Shown here one piece after another: positions 15,093 to 23,992 of a stretch of 32,000 nt of DNA. The DNA is from an uncultured Erysipelotrichaceae bacterium (lineage in GTDB: Bacteria > Bacillota_I > Bacilli_A > Erysipelotrichales > Erysipelotrichaceae): contig CAYNZZ010000009.1 in the NCBI GenBank assembly GCA_964401865.1, forward strand, positions 26,357-58,356. Direction: 5' to 3'. Numbering within the stretch: position 1 is the stretch's first letter; each line of letters opens with the position of its first letter. Position numbers and translations under genes: made by a program. Under the pieces are notes generated by a model that did no database searches, had not been told where the DNA came from, and saw nothing but the letters and a program-made list of their open reading frames with translations.

Positions 15093-15588
15093 ATGAAAAA
15101 AAGTCGAAGTGTAACTATCATTATTTTTTTCATGCTACTTCTTGTATGTGTATGTGTGATAGCAAGAGAATGTTTAAATGGTATAGTATATTCAAATCGT
15201 AGCGAACAAATAGAAGGATATCTTTATCATAAAACTATTGATGGAATTGAAATTGAATTAACAATCCCTAATGATTGGACATATGAAGAATTACCTCGAG
15301 GCGATTCTTATAAATACGCTTTAAAGATATACAAGTTTATACCAATATAATCAGATGATGGGTGTTTGTGGTACAGGCAGAAGTGACAAAGAAATAACCT
15401 TAAATAACGGAGATATAAAAACAATTGGTTATTATAATGGTCAAAATAATTGGAGCGATGTATTTCTTTCTGATAATGGCAACGATATATATTTAGCTTT
15501 CTTGAATTATGGTTTAATTGATAAAGAAGCGGATGAAATGCTAGATATTATTAAGACAATAAATATAACAAAAAATAAAAATGCCTGA
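15093..15588 (+). pseudogene. small secreted/membrane-anchored protein split by a frameshift near 15325..15350
   Basis: ORF 15093..15350 (signal/TM MKKSRSVTIIIFFMLLLVCVCV...) and ORF 15355..15588 are adjacent in different frames. The second frame is already open from 15325 (RYTSLYQYNQMMGVCGTG...), so it overlaps the first. The second ORF has no RBS of its own. Confidence 0.5.
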
Positions 15589-15610
15589 AATTTTATCTTA
15601 GGCATTTTTT
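15576..15610. terminator. bidirectional intrinsic terminator between convergent genes
   Basis: AAAAATGCCT-(13 nt)-AGGCATTTTT, with an A-run on one side and a T-run on the other. Confidence 0.65.
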
Positions 15611-15616
15611 AGTGAG

Positions 15617-17065
15617 CTATATCAATGATTTATTAACATATATATGATATGATCCGCCGTTTACCTTAAACTGCCCGATACCATTTTCATCAATCAGTAT
15701 TTCATTGCTGGTATTACCAGTGATATCAATATAGACTTCATTTGCATGTTGAAGCCCAATATACATTGATTTTTCGCCTTCTGGACCATCTGACATAATG
15801 ACGGCAAAACCGCTTTTTGCGTCATTGTTTCCTTCGAAAGTCCAACCTATAATATCGTGGTGGTCAAAATAGTTATTTCTATTTCCTTCCATTAACTCAT
15901 GACGAACTTTAATCATTAAATCAATTTCTTTATTAAAACTTTTGGTATTCATACTGGATATTCCATAATAATCACCGTAGAAAACACACGGATATCCTTC
16001 GCCTATCAATATGATGATAGCGTAGGCAAGGGGTTTGAACCAATCGGATACAATAGTTTGTAGTGCTTGACCAGCTTGAGTGTCATGGTTTTCAACAAAT
16101 GTCACAGCGTTTTGGCTTTTTAATGAAACAAGAGTGTCATTTAGTATTGAACCCATATCAAATTCACCGTTACTGTTTGATGCTTCAAAGAATTTAAAAT
16201 GTAAAGGAACATCAAATAATGACAATGCATTATCGTTTTCGTTAAGATATGTAACCAAGTCATCGACATTACCTGACCAGTATTCACCAACCGTAAATAG
16301 TTCTTTATTAGAGATATTCCTAAGATTTTTTATCCAGCCTTCAAAGAAATGATTATCAATATGTTTGAGAGCATCCAATCGAAAACCATCGACATTAGTT
16401 TCTTTGAGATACCATTCGCCATAAGAATACAATTCTTGAATAACTTCCTTGTTTTCAAAATCAATATCAGCACCCATTAAATAGTCATAGTTCCCGTTTT
16501 CATCATCGACATCTTGATTCCACTGTTTACTGATTTTGTATATGGCACTTCTTGATTTGCGATTATCAAAATCAACGCCAGTAAAATGAGTTTTATTCCA
16601 TTTGAATGAAGAATATTTGTTGTTACGTTTAGGAAAAGTGAATGATGTCCATGCTTGAATAAATTCTTCATCTTCCACATTGATATTTCTATTCGTTGCA
16701 TCAGTAACGCTTGCCTTAACCCATTCAGTGCCATCGGCCCCCATTTTGTGATTGAAGACCATATCGGCATATACATCAATTTCATTTTCATGTAATACCT
16801 CAATCGCTTTTAAATATTCATCTTTTGTACCATACTTTGTGGCAACGCTTCCTTTTTGATCGAATTCTCCCAAATCATAAAGGTCATATGCGCCATATCC
16901 AACATCCATTGCACCGGCTTGTCCCTTGTATGCCGGTGGTAACCAAAGAGCAGTAAAACCGCTATTTTTAAGGTTTTTAGCTTCGGCAATTATTCGATTA
17001 TATAGATGTGGTTCGCTATTTAAATACCACTCAAAATATTGCATCATTACACCATGTTTTTTCAT
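15617..17065 (-). CDS. alpha-amylase, GH13 (liquefying-amylase-like), no signal peptide, so presumably cytoplasmic
   Basis: 482 aa starting MKKHGVMMQYFEWY. GH13 conserved regions DMVFNH, GFRLDALKHI, VGEYW and FVENHD. RBS AAGAGG. Confidence 0.9.
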   Translation of the reverse strand: MKKHGVMMQYFEWYLNSEPHLYNRIIAEAKNLKNSGFTALWLPPAYKGQAGAMDVGYGAYDLYDLGEFDQKGSVATKYGTKDEYLKAIEVLHENEIDVYADMVFNHKMGADGTEWVKASVTDATNRNINVEDEEFIQAWTSFTFPKRNNKYSSFKWNKTHFTGVDFDNRKSRSAIYKISKQWNQDVDDENGNYDYLMGADIDFENKEVIQELYSYGEWYLKETNVDGFRLDALKHIDNHFFEGWIKNLRNISNKELFTVGEYWSGNVDDLVTYLNENDNALSLFDVPLHFKFFEASNSNGEFDMGSILNDTLVSLKSQNAVTFVENHDTQAGQALQTIVSDWFKPLAYAIIILIGEGYPCVFYGDYYGISSMNTKSFNKEIDLMIKVRHELMEGNRNNYFDHHDIIGWTFEGNNDAKSGFAVIMSDGPEGEKSMYIGLQHANEVYIDITGNTSNEILIDENGIGQFKVNGGSYHIYVNKSLI

Positions 17066-17106
17066 AAAAATGAACCTCTTATTAAGACAATATTATTAAT
17101 TATCTG

Positions 17107-17115
17107 TGTTATAAT
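17107..17115 (+). promoter_or_regulatory. extended -10 promoter element upstream of rubrerythrin
   Basis: TGtTATAAT at 17107..17115, 21 nt upstream of the ATG. AGGAGG lies between the element and the start. Confidence 0.5.
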
Positions 17116-17136
17116 CAAGTCAGGAGGAAAGAAATT

Positions 17137-17679
17137 ATGAAAGATTTAAAAGGCACAAAAACCGAAAAGAACTTAATGGAGGCATTTGCTGGCGAATCAC
17201 AGGCACGCAATAAATATACATTCTATGCTTCTAAAGCTAAAAAAGAAGGATATGAACAAATTTCTGCTATTTTTACAGAAACTGCTGGAAATGAAAAGGA
17301 ACATGCTGAATTATGGTTCAAGTATCTTCATGGCGGTGCAGTTCCTACAACAGTAGAAAACTTAGCAGATGCAGCTAATGGCGAAAACTATGAATGGACT
17401 GATATGTATGCACGTATGGCTAAAGAAGCTAGAGAAGAAGGTTTTGAAGAAATAGCAACTACTATGGAAGGTGTTGGCGCTATTGAAAAAACACACGAAG
17501 AACGCTACAAGAAGTTATTGGCAAATATTGAAAATGGCGTAGTATTTGATCGTCCTGAAGAAGTTGAGTGGGTATGCCGTAATTGTGGTCACATCCATAA
17601 AGGCGTTTCAGCTCCAGAAGTATGCCCTGTATGTAACCATGCAAGATCATATTTCATGCTTAGAGAAGAAAACTATTAA
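17137..17679 (+). CDS. rbr: rubrerythrin
   Basis: 180 aa. Ferritin-like di-iron domain ([29 protein letters not shown]) plus a C-terminal rubredoxin-like CRNCGH...CPVCNH. Confidence 0.93.
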   Translation: MKDLKGTKTEKNLMEAFAGESQARNKYTFYASKAKKEGYEQISAIFTETAGNEKEHAELWFKYLHGGAVPTTVENLADAANGENYEWTDMYARMAKEAREEGFEEIATTMEGVGAIEKTHEERYKKLLANIENGVVFDRPEEVEWVCRNCGHIHKGVSAPEVCPVCNHARSYFMLREENY

Positions 17680-17704
17680 TAAATAATATTTTACTGAGTT
17701 AAAT

Positions 17705-17735
17705 AAAAGGTGTATCTCAAAAAGATACACCTTTT
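17705..17735. terminator. bidirectional intrinsic terminator
   Basis: AAAAGGTGTATCT-caaaa-AGATACACCTTTT, a 13-bp perfect stem flanked by A and T runs. It overlaps the stop of the minus-strand kinase gene. Confidence 0.8.
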
Positions 17736-18237
17736 ACTTTTTATTATATTTGCTAGCTAAATTATCAAGATATTCATCAGCTTCTGTGCGATTCTTAAAG
17801 ACGATAATCTCAGAATGATAGTTTTCTAATGATTTTAAAATACGGGGAAAATAATCCTTTTTGAAGTCTTTAATATATTGGATGAATTCATCATCGACTT
17901 TATCTTCAAACCACGGAAGGTCATCTCGCTTGGTGCCGATTCTTGATAGAGCTCCTTTAACACAGATATCGGTATCAACGTCAAAAAGAAAGACGCAATC
18001 GGCATATTTAAGTCTTTCATCTAAAGTGCGAAAGTAATTGCCATCAATAATCCACGAACCTTTTTCAAGTAGTTCCCTATGGCGAATATCAAACTCCTCG
18101 TCAGACAAATATGTTTTGTCAGGTTTATGCCAAATCATATCTAAGTGATATAGAGGAATATTTATTAATTTAGTCAATCTTTTAGAAAAATATGATTTTC
18201 CTGCTCCAGGACATCCTAAAACAACAACTTTTTTCAT
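17734..18237 (-). CDS. P-loop NTPase / adenylate-kinase-like protein (topology-modulation-protein family)
   Basis: MKKVVVLGCPGAGKSYFSKRL (Walker A) with WIIDGNY further on. I place the start at ATG 18237: the P-loop sits at the N-terminus as in this family, and TGcTATAAT lies 6 nt upstream. The 19-aa track extension is hydrophobic and has no RBS. Confidence 0.75.
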   Translation of the reverse strand: MKKVVVLGCPGAGKSYFSKRLTKLINIPLYHLDMIWHKPDKTYLSDEEFDIRHRELLEKGSWIIDGNYFRTLDERLKYADCVFLFDVDTDICVKGALSRIGTKRDDLPWFEDKVDDEFIQYIKDFKKDYFPRILKSLENYHSEIIVFKNRTEADEYLDNLASKYNKK

Positions 18238-18365
18238 AGAACCATTATAGCAAATAAAGATTATAGAATGAACTTTAATCTGAGCCTTTGCCATGTGTTG
18301 TGATAACTTTTATATCATTTGAAACTATCTTTTTTTTATTTTTGGAGAAATATCTACTTTTATCA

Positions 18366-19145
18366 TCATTGTATTTTTTGATATAAATAGACATTAAAAG
18401 AGAAAGTTATTTCTAAAGAATCAATGTTATCTAATTTATCTTTATCTTCTTTAGATGTTTTGTAGAAGTAAGGTGTCATTTTGAATAGATTATACAAGTC
18501 TTCTTTTTCTAGCGTAAACTTATTAGATATCACTTCTTTATTGATAAGCTTTAAACCATCGATATCAATGTCGTCATCAATATTTTCATATGGGTTTTCA
18601 TAAATGACTTTCTTTAATTCATAAAGGTGATCAGCATGAGGGTTGATTAGAAGAAAATAGCCACTATCCTTTAAAATTCTTTTTATTTCTTCTTTAGCTA
18701 TTGGTGCAAAACAAGTAATTGCCATATCAACGCTTTTATCTTCGATTGGAGTATGAAAAATGGAAGATAAGATATATGTGGTAGAAGGGTCGTTTTTTGA
18801 AGCTATTTTTAAGCCTTTCTTCGATAAGTCAATGCCTGTCTTATGTTCAACTTTTAAATCTTTAGTGTAATAGCCTTCTCCACAAGCTAAATCACAAAGC
18901 GATGTGATATCTAAATCAGTGATTATTTCATTCATTTTCTCTTTTAAAAAGAGATAATAGTTTTTGTTTAAAAAGCTATGTCTAGCAGTAATTGATTCCT
19001 TTGAATCACCTGAGTCAATGGCTTTTTTAAGGTATAGATTGACATATCCTTCTTTAGAGATATCAAATGAGTGACGATTAGAACAATAATAGCGTTTGTC
19101 GTCTTTAATAAGTTTTTCTTTACAAATTGGGCAAATAATTTCCAT
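18366..19145 (-). CDS. rlmA: 23S rRNA m1G methyltransferase, RlmA family
   Basis: 259 aa. N-terminal zinc ribbon CPICKEKL...YYCSNRHSFDISKEGYVNL and the SAM motif LCDLACGEGYY. Confidence 0.85.
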   Translation of the reverse strand: MEIICPICKEKLIKDDKRYYCSNRHSFDISKEGYVNLYLKKAIDSGDSKESITARHSFLNKNYYLFLKEKMNEIITDLDITSLCDLACGEGYYTKDLKVEHKTGIDLSKKGLKIASKNDPSTTYILSSIFHTPIEDKSVDMAITCFAPIAKEEIKRILKDSGYFLLINPHADHLYELKKVIYENPYENIDDDIDIDGLKLINKEVISNKFTLEKEDLYNLFKMTPYFYKTSKEDKDKLDNIDSLEITFSFNVYLYQKIQ

Positions 19146-19190
19146 GTATCCATTTTATCATTTACTTTAAGATGTTGTATAATTATTAAT

Positions 19191-19658
19191 ATGAAATGCG
19201 AATTAGATATTATAAACAAGACAAGAGATAAATCGTATGAAGAATATTATGATTTAGCTAAGGAATTATTTGAAAAAACATTAAAAATGCATAAAATGAA
19301 TGGAAATTATGCATTGTCTTTGATATTGGTTGGACCGATCAGCATCAAACGAATTAATAGGGACTATCGAAATATTGATAAGGTTACCGATGTCATTTCT
19401 TTTGCAATGTTAGACAGTGAAGATGATTATAGTATGCCAGAAGAAGAAATTATTTTAGGCGATATTTTCATCAATTTAAAAAGAGTAAAAAGTCAAGCTT
19501 TAGAGTATGGACATAGTGAAGAAAGAGAATTTTTATTTTTATTCATTCACGGTCTTCTTCATTGTTTGGGCTATGATCATATGAATAAAGAGGATGAAAA
19601 GAAGATGTTTGATATGCAAAAGAAGATTCTTGGAGAAAGAAATGCTTCAAAAGTTTAA
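19191..19658 (+). CDS. ybeY: rRNA maturation endoribonuclease YbeY
   Basis: Metal-binding motif HGLLHCLGYDH. Start at ATG 19191 (MKCELDIINKT). The 40-aa track extension is antisense to rlmA and the promoter region. Confidence 0.92.
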   Translation: MKCELDIINKTRDKSYEEYYDLAKELFEKTLKMHKMNGNYALSLILVGPISIKRINRDYRNIDKVTDVISFAMLDSEDDYSMPEEEIILGDIFINLKRVKSQALEYGHSEEREFLFLFIHGLLHCLGYDHMNKEDEKKMFDMQKKILGERNASKV

Positions 19659-19983
19659 AGTCGCTTTTAGAGGACTTCTTATCGCGTGCGAGCATAGAGC
19701 GGTTTTGATTCAACTGTTGCTTGGTGTGTTGACGGTTATTGCTGGTTTTATTGTTCGTTTAGATTGTCTGGAGTGGTGCATATTCGTTTTATGCATTGGT
19801 TTGGTTATTGGATTTGAAATTATCAACACAGCTATTGAAAAGATATGCGATTTAATTGATGAGAATTATAACGAAAAGATAAAAGTGATAAAAGATATAT
19901 CGGCTGGTTCGGTGCTGTGTATCAGTATTATGTCTTTAGCGATATGTATAATTATCTTGTTTCGAAGAGCAATAGGAGGTTAA
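19642..19983 (+). CDS. dgkA: diacylglycerol kinase family protein (undecaprenol kinase type in Gram-positives)
   Basis: 113 aa from ATG 19642 (MLQKFKVAFRGL...). Three TM segments and the NTAIEKICD motif. GGAGAAAG lies upstream. The gene overlaps the end of ybeY. Confidence 0.85.
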   Translation: MLQKFKVAFRGLLIACEHRAVLIQLLLGVLTVIAGFIVRLDCLEWCIFVLCIGLVIGFEIINTAIEKICDLIDENYNEKIKVIKDISAGSVLCISIMSLAICIIILFRRAIGG

Positions 19984-20379
19984 ATGAATTACAATTTATT
20001 AATAAATGAAGCATTTGAAGCCATGAAAAATGCGTATGCACCATATTCGAATTATCATGTTGGGGCATGTGTTTTGTGCAAGGATGGCAGTACATACAAA
20101 GGGGCAAATATCGAAAATGCATCTTTTGGTGCTACTAATTGTGGTGAGCGTACAGCTATTTTTTCAGCATATGCTAACGGTAAGCGAAAAGATGATATTG
20201 TAGCTATTGCAATCGTATCAGACGGAAAAAGACTAGCAGCTCCTTGTGGCATTTGCCGTCAAGTTTTATCAGAACTCATCAATCAGGATACGCCAATTAT
20301 TCTTTCTAATAAGATAGATTATATGGAAACAAATATTAAAGAATTATTACCTATGCAGTTTAGCGAAGAGGATTTGTAA
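19984..20379 (+). CDS. cdd: cytidine deaminase
   Basis: 131 aa. Zinc and catalytic motifs CGERTAIF and PCGICRQVL. Confidence 0.92.
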   Translation: MNYNLLINEAFEAMKNAYAPYSNYHVGACVLCKDGSTYKGANIENASFGATNCGERTAIFSAYANGKRKDDIVAIAIVSDGKRLAAPCGICRQVLSELINQDTPIILSNKIDYMETNIKELLPMQFSEEDL

Positions 20380-21272
20380 TGAAAAGTGCATTCGTAGCTA
20401 TTATTGGTCGTCCAAATGCGGGCAAGTCAACTCTACTTAATACCCTATTGGGTGAAAAAATATCTATTACTTCACATAAAGCGCAGACGACTAGAAATAC
20501 AATTATCGGTATATATAATGCTGATGACTATCAGATTGTTTTTCATGATACTCCTGGGCTGCATCATGCAAATTCTAATTTGGGCAATTATATGAATAAG
20601 GAAGCGATTGCTCAGGCTGAAGGTGTTGATATCATATACTACATTATCGACATCAATAAGAGTATTACTGGCGATGATAGAGAAATATTGGATCGATTAT
20701 TTACATATAAGACAAAGATTTTTTTACTGGTCAACAAGATTGACTCTCTTTCCAAAAAACAACTCATCAACAAAATCAGTGAGTTATCAAGTGCCTATGA
20801 TTTTGATGAAATCATCCCTATTAGTGCATTAAATAGTGATAACCTTGATGAACTATTGGAAGTTACCAAAAAGTATCTGCACGATGATTTAGCGTATTAT
20901 CCAAGTGATATAAAAACCAGTAGCACCATGGAATTTAGAATTGCAGAAATCGTAAGAGAGAAAGTGTTGTTGAAATGTCATGAAGAAATACCACATTTGG
21001 TTGCCACTAAAGTTATTGATATCAGTGAAAAAGAAAATAAAATTTATATTGATGTTGATATTATATGTGGCAAAAACTCTCATAAAGGCATCATTATTGG
21101 CAAGCATGGCGATAAATTGAAAGAGATCAATATGCTGGCATCGAAAGACATTAAAGCGATTTATCATAAAAAAGTTATTTTGTCGTTATTTGTGAAGGTT
21201 GAAGAAGACTGGATGAATAAGAATTCAAAATTAATGGATTTAGGATATTTCTTGAACGATAAATATGAATGA
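20379..21272 (+). CDS. era: GTPase Era
   Basis: 297 aa. G1 GRPNAGKST, G3 DTPG, G4 NKID and a C-terminal KH domain (GIIIGKHGDKLKEI). The start overlaps the cdd stop (TAATG). Confidence 0.95.
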   Translation: MKSAFVAIIGRPNAGKSTLLNTLLGEKISITSHKAQTTRNTIIGIYNADDYQIVFHDTPGLHHANSNLGNYMNKEAIAQAEGVDIIYYIIDINKSITGDDREILDRLFTYKTKIFLLVNKIDSLSKKQLINKISELSSAYDFDEIIPISALNSDNLDELLEVTKKYLHDDLAYYPSDIKTSSTMEFRIAEIVREKVLLKCHEEIPHLVATKVIDISEKENKIYIDVDIICGKNSHKGIIIGKHGDKLKEINMLASKDIKAIYHKKVILSLFVKVEEDWMNKNSKLMDLGYFLNDKYE

Positions 21273-21954
21273 TAAAGTTAAAGGATTGGTTTTATCACAA
21301 ATGGATTATCGAGAGAATGATAATCTGATTCAAATAATTACCAAAGAATATGGTCATATGTCATTGATTACAAGAGGAAGCAAAAAAATCAACTCTTTAA
21401 ATAAAATTTTTCCGATGACCATCTATGAATTTATTATTGATTATAATTCCAATAAAGATATTTTTTTATCTCATGGCAAAACCTTGATTAAGACATATTA
21501 TAATGATGATTTAAAAAAACTGAGTTTTAAGAATATTTTTTTGGAAGCCACATTAAAAGTTAAAACCTTAGATGTTAATATTTATGACGATTTATTATTT
21601 TGTCTTGAACATGCAAACTATACTAGTGGATGCTTATTTTTTAAATATTTAGCTTATTATCAAGGTATTAGTCCATATGTAGATGGTTGTGTGATATGTG
21701 ATAAATCTAAAATCATTCGTTTAGATAATGAAAAAGGTGGCTTTGTGTGTGCCGAACATTCATTGTTGAAGGAAAATGATAATATCGAAAGATTGAGAAA
21801 GTTTAGGATACTAAATAAAGCCGGCTATAAACAATATGATAAGTTATTGGCTTATGAATATGATTTTAGTGATTTTAAGATGATGATAGATTTTTTCATC
21901 ATCAATAGTGGTATTCATTTAAATTCATATGATTTTTATTGCCGATTATTATAA
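21265..21954 (+). CDS. recO: DNA repair protein RecO
   Basis: 229 aa. Its position after era matches the conserved era-recO synteny. N-terminal OB-fold-like region (KGLVLSQMDYRENDNLIQIITKEYG) and the Cys cluster CVICD...CAEH. It overlaps era by 8 nt. Confidence 0.85.
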   Translation: MNDKVKGLVLSQMDYRENDNLIQIITKEYGHMSLITRGSKKINSLNKIFPMTIYEFIIDYNSNKDIFLSHGKTLIKTYYNDDLKKLSFKNIFLEATLKVKTLDVNIYDDLLFCLEHANYTSGCLFFKYLAYYQGISPYVDGCVICDKSKIIRLDNEKGGFVCAEHSLLKENDNIERLRKFRILNKAGYKQYDKLLAYEYDFSDFKMMIDFFIINSGIHLNSYDFYCRLL

Positions 21955-22034
21955 GTTGATAAAAAAGCTAGCAATCGTTTAATTAATTATTGAGCTATAA
22001 TAAAAGTATCTTTAGTGCTAAGGGGGACTATTTT

Positions 22035-23219
22035 ATGAAATTTGTTTATATATCGCCTAATTTCCCGACGAATTTTTATTTATTTTGTAAGGCTTTAAAA
22101 AATAATGGCGTTACTGTTTTAGGTATCGGTGAACAGCCATACAATGAGATTAGTGAAGAATGCAAGAATAATTTAGATGAATATTATGCAGTGAGCAGTT
22201 TAAATAATTACGATGAGGTTTATCGTGCATTTGCTTATTTGAGCCATAAATATGGCAAGATAGATTTTGTTGAATCTAATAATGAATATTGGTTGTCTTT
22301 AGACGCAAGACTACGCGAAGATTTCAATATCAACACTGGTGTTAAATTAGATAAGATATCTTTTATTCGCTATAAGAGTGAGATGAAGAAATTGTATGAA
22401 AAAGCCGGTGTAAAAACTGCTAGATATCATTTGGTCAGCGATTATGATGCTGGCAAGAAATTCGCTGATGAAGTGGGATATCCGCTAATTGTTAAACCAA
22501 ATGATGGTATGGGTGCCTCAATGACTTACAAAATCAATAATGATGAAGAACTTGTTGAATTCTATCAAAGTTATTTCCCTAGTCAAATGATTATGGAAGA
22601 ATTTGTTGATGGCGAATTAGTTTCTTTTGACGGTATCTGTGATAGTGAAAGAAATATTCTGTTTGAAATACATCATGTTTTCCCAAGACAGGTTATGAAT
22701 ATTGTTAATGAGAAACTTGATTGTTTCTATTGGACAGAAATCGATATTCCTCAAAAGCTTAAAGAAGTTGGAACTGCGGTGGTTAAGAATTTTCCTAGTA
22801 ATTCTCGCTTTTTCCATTTGGAATTCTTTGTTTTGAACAGCGATAAAAACGGTTTGGGCAAAAAAGGTGATGTGGTAGGACTTGAAGTGAATATGCGCTC
22901 ACCTGGTGGACCAACTTTAGATATGATGGATTTTTCATGCGACATTGATGTTTATCAACTATGGGTAAATATGATCTGCTATGGTGAGGCGAGAATGAAC
23001 ATTGAACATAAATATTATGTTGTGTATGCTTCAAGAAGAAAAAGCCATATCTATAGAGATAGTTTAGAAGAAGTTAAGAATCGCTACTCACAATATATTG
23101 TGATGGAAATGGAAAATCCAGAAGTTATTGCCGGAGCGATGGGCGATAATGTATTGGTTGCGAGATTTAAAAATAAAGAAGAAATTTGGCCTTTTATTCA
23201 TGCGGTGATAGGAGAATAA
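22035..23219 (+). CDS. ATP-grasp domain protein (carboxylate-amine/thiol ligase superfamily), substrate unknown
   Basis: 394 aa from ATG 22035 (RBS AAGGGGG). ATP-grasp strings GYPLIVKPNDGMGASMTYKI, IMEEFVDGELVSFDG and HLEFFV...GLEVNMRSPGG. Confidence 0.8.
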   Translation: MKFVYISPNFPTNFYLFCKALKNNGVTVLGIGEQPYNEISEECKNNLDEYYAVSSLNNYDEVYRAFAYLSHKYGKIDFVESNNEYWLSLDARLREDFNINTGVKLDKISFIRYKSEMKKLYEKAGVKTARYHLVSDYDAGKKFADEVGYPLIVKPNDGMGASMTYKINNDEELVEFYQSYFPSQMIMEEFVDGELVSFDGICDSERNILFEIHHVFPRQVMNIVNEKLDCFYWTEIDIPQKLKEVGTAVVKNFPSNSRFFHLEFFVLNSDKNGLGKKGDVVGLEVNMRSPGGPTLDMMDFSCDIDVYQLWVNMICYGEARMNIEHKYYVVYASRRKSHIYRDSLEEVKNRYSQYIVMEMENPEVIAGAMGDNVLVARFKNKEEIWPFIHAVIGE

Positions 23220-23221
23220 AA

Positions 23222-23980
23222 ATGGAAGTGGAATATTATAAACAGTACTCAACGTTTCTTAATCGTGATATGGAGTTTAAAGTATATGGACATTCCGGAA
23301 AGGTGTTTGTCGTTTTTCCGGCTCAAGATGGAAGATTCTTTGATTTTGAAAATTTTAAAATGGTAGAAGCTTCTTCGTGGTATGTAGAAAATGGACTTGT
23401 TCAATTCTTTTGCGTCGATTCGGTTGACAAAGAATCATGGTCTTTAATGTGGCAAGATGAATCAAAACGTATTGAGGTTCAAGAAAATTATTTCCACTAT
23501 ATTTGTGATGAATTTTATCCATATATGAAAGAAATACATGATACGACATCTAATAGTGATGAAAATTTTGAATGTTTTACTACTGGATGTAGTATGGGAG
23601 CTACTCATGCTCTAAATTTCTTTTTGCGTCGACCTGATTTATTTAATGGCACATTGGCAATGAGCGGTGTATATCATGCATCATATTTCTTCCCTGATTA
23701 TCATGACTCAAGGATATATGATAATTCAATAGTTGATTATCTGTCCAATATGGCTATCGATCACCATTACTTAGATTTGTATCGTAACAGTAAGATTGTA
23801 ATATGTGCAGGACAAGGTAAATGGGAAGAAGAAACAATTAAAGATACCGATTTTGTGAAAGAGCAATTAAATAGGCTTAATGTTCCAGCATGGATAGATT
23901 TTTGGGGTGGCGACGTCGACCACGATTGGCCTTGGTGGCGTAAACAAATCGCCTACTTTCTTCAATTTTTTGTGAGGTAG
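23222..23980 (+). CDS. esterase-family alpha/beta hydrolase (Pfam Esterase PF00756-like), copy 1
   Basis: 252 aa from ATG 23222 (MEVEYYKQYS...; AGGAGAA upstream), 3 nt after the ATP-grasp stop. Nucleophile elbow GCSMGA and a C-terminal DHDW. Confidence 0.75.
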   Translation: MEVEYYKQYSTFLNRDMEFKVYGHSGKVFVVFPAQDGRFFDFENFKMVEASSWYVENGLVQFFCVDSVDKESWSLMWQDESKRIEVQENYFHYICDEFYPYMKEIHDTTSNSDENFECFTTGCSMGATHALNFFLRRPDLFNGTLAMSGVYHASYFFPDYHDSRIYDNSIVDYLSNMAIDHHYLDLYRNSKIVICAGQGKWEEETIKDTDFVKEQLNRLNVPAWIDFWGGDVDHDWPWWRKQIAYFLQFFVR

Positions 23981-23992
23981 TGTTTAGATAAT

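Noticed and set aside
15617-17065. Cytoplasmic location of the GH13 amylase as an anomaly.
   Set aside because: Signal-peptide-less GH13 alpha-amylases are well known, for example the E. coli AmyA type. No further unusual feature is seen in the sequence.
17092-17103. Near-palindrome ATTATTAATTAT in the spacer of the rubrerythrin promoter, considered as a PerR/Fur-type box.
   Set aside because: Only 10 of 12 positions are symmetric, and it does not match the 7-1-7 TTATAATnATTATAA consensus well. Such A/T-only near-palindromes are expected by chance in DNA of this composition.
19071-19190. Long N-terminal extensions in the ORF track: ybeY 19071, dgkA 19594, marR 2726, S1 2891, kinase 18294, ATP-grasp 21990, esterase 23186, PfkB 26508, msrC-like 29753, thiT 29815, DUF402 30437, rnfB 11222, apbE 6078.
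   Set aside because: The extensions run through promoters, riboswitches, terminators or the neighbouring gene, and they lack an RBS. Internal ATGs sit at family-typical N-termini and have an SD or a -10-N6 element.
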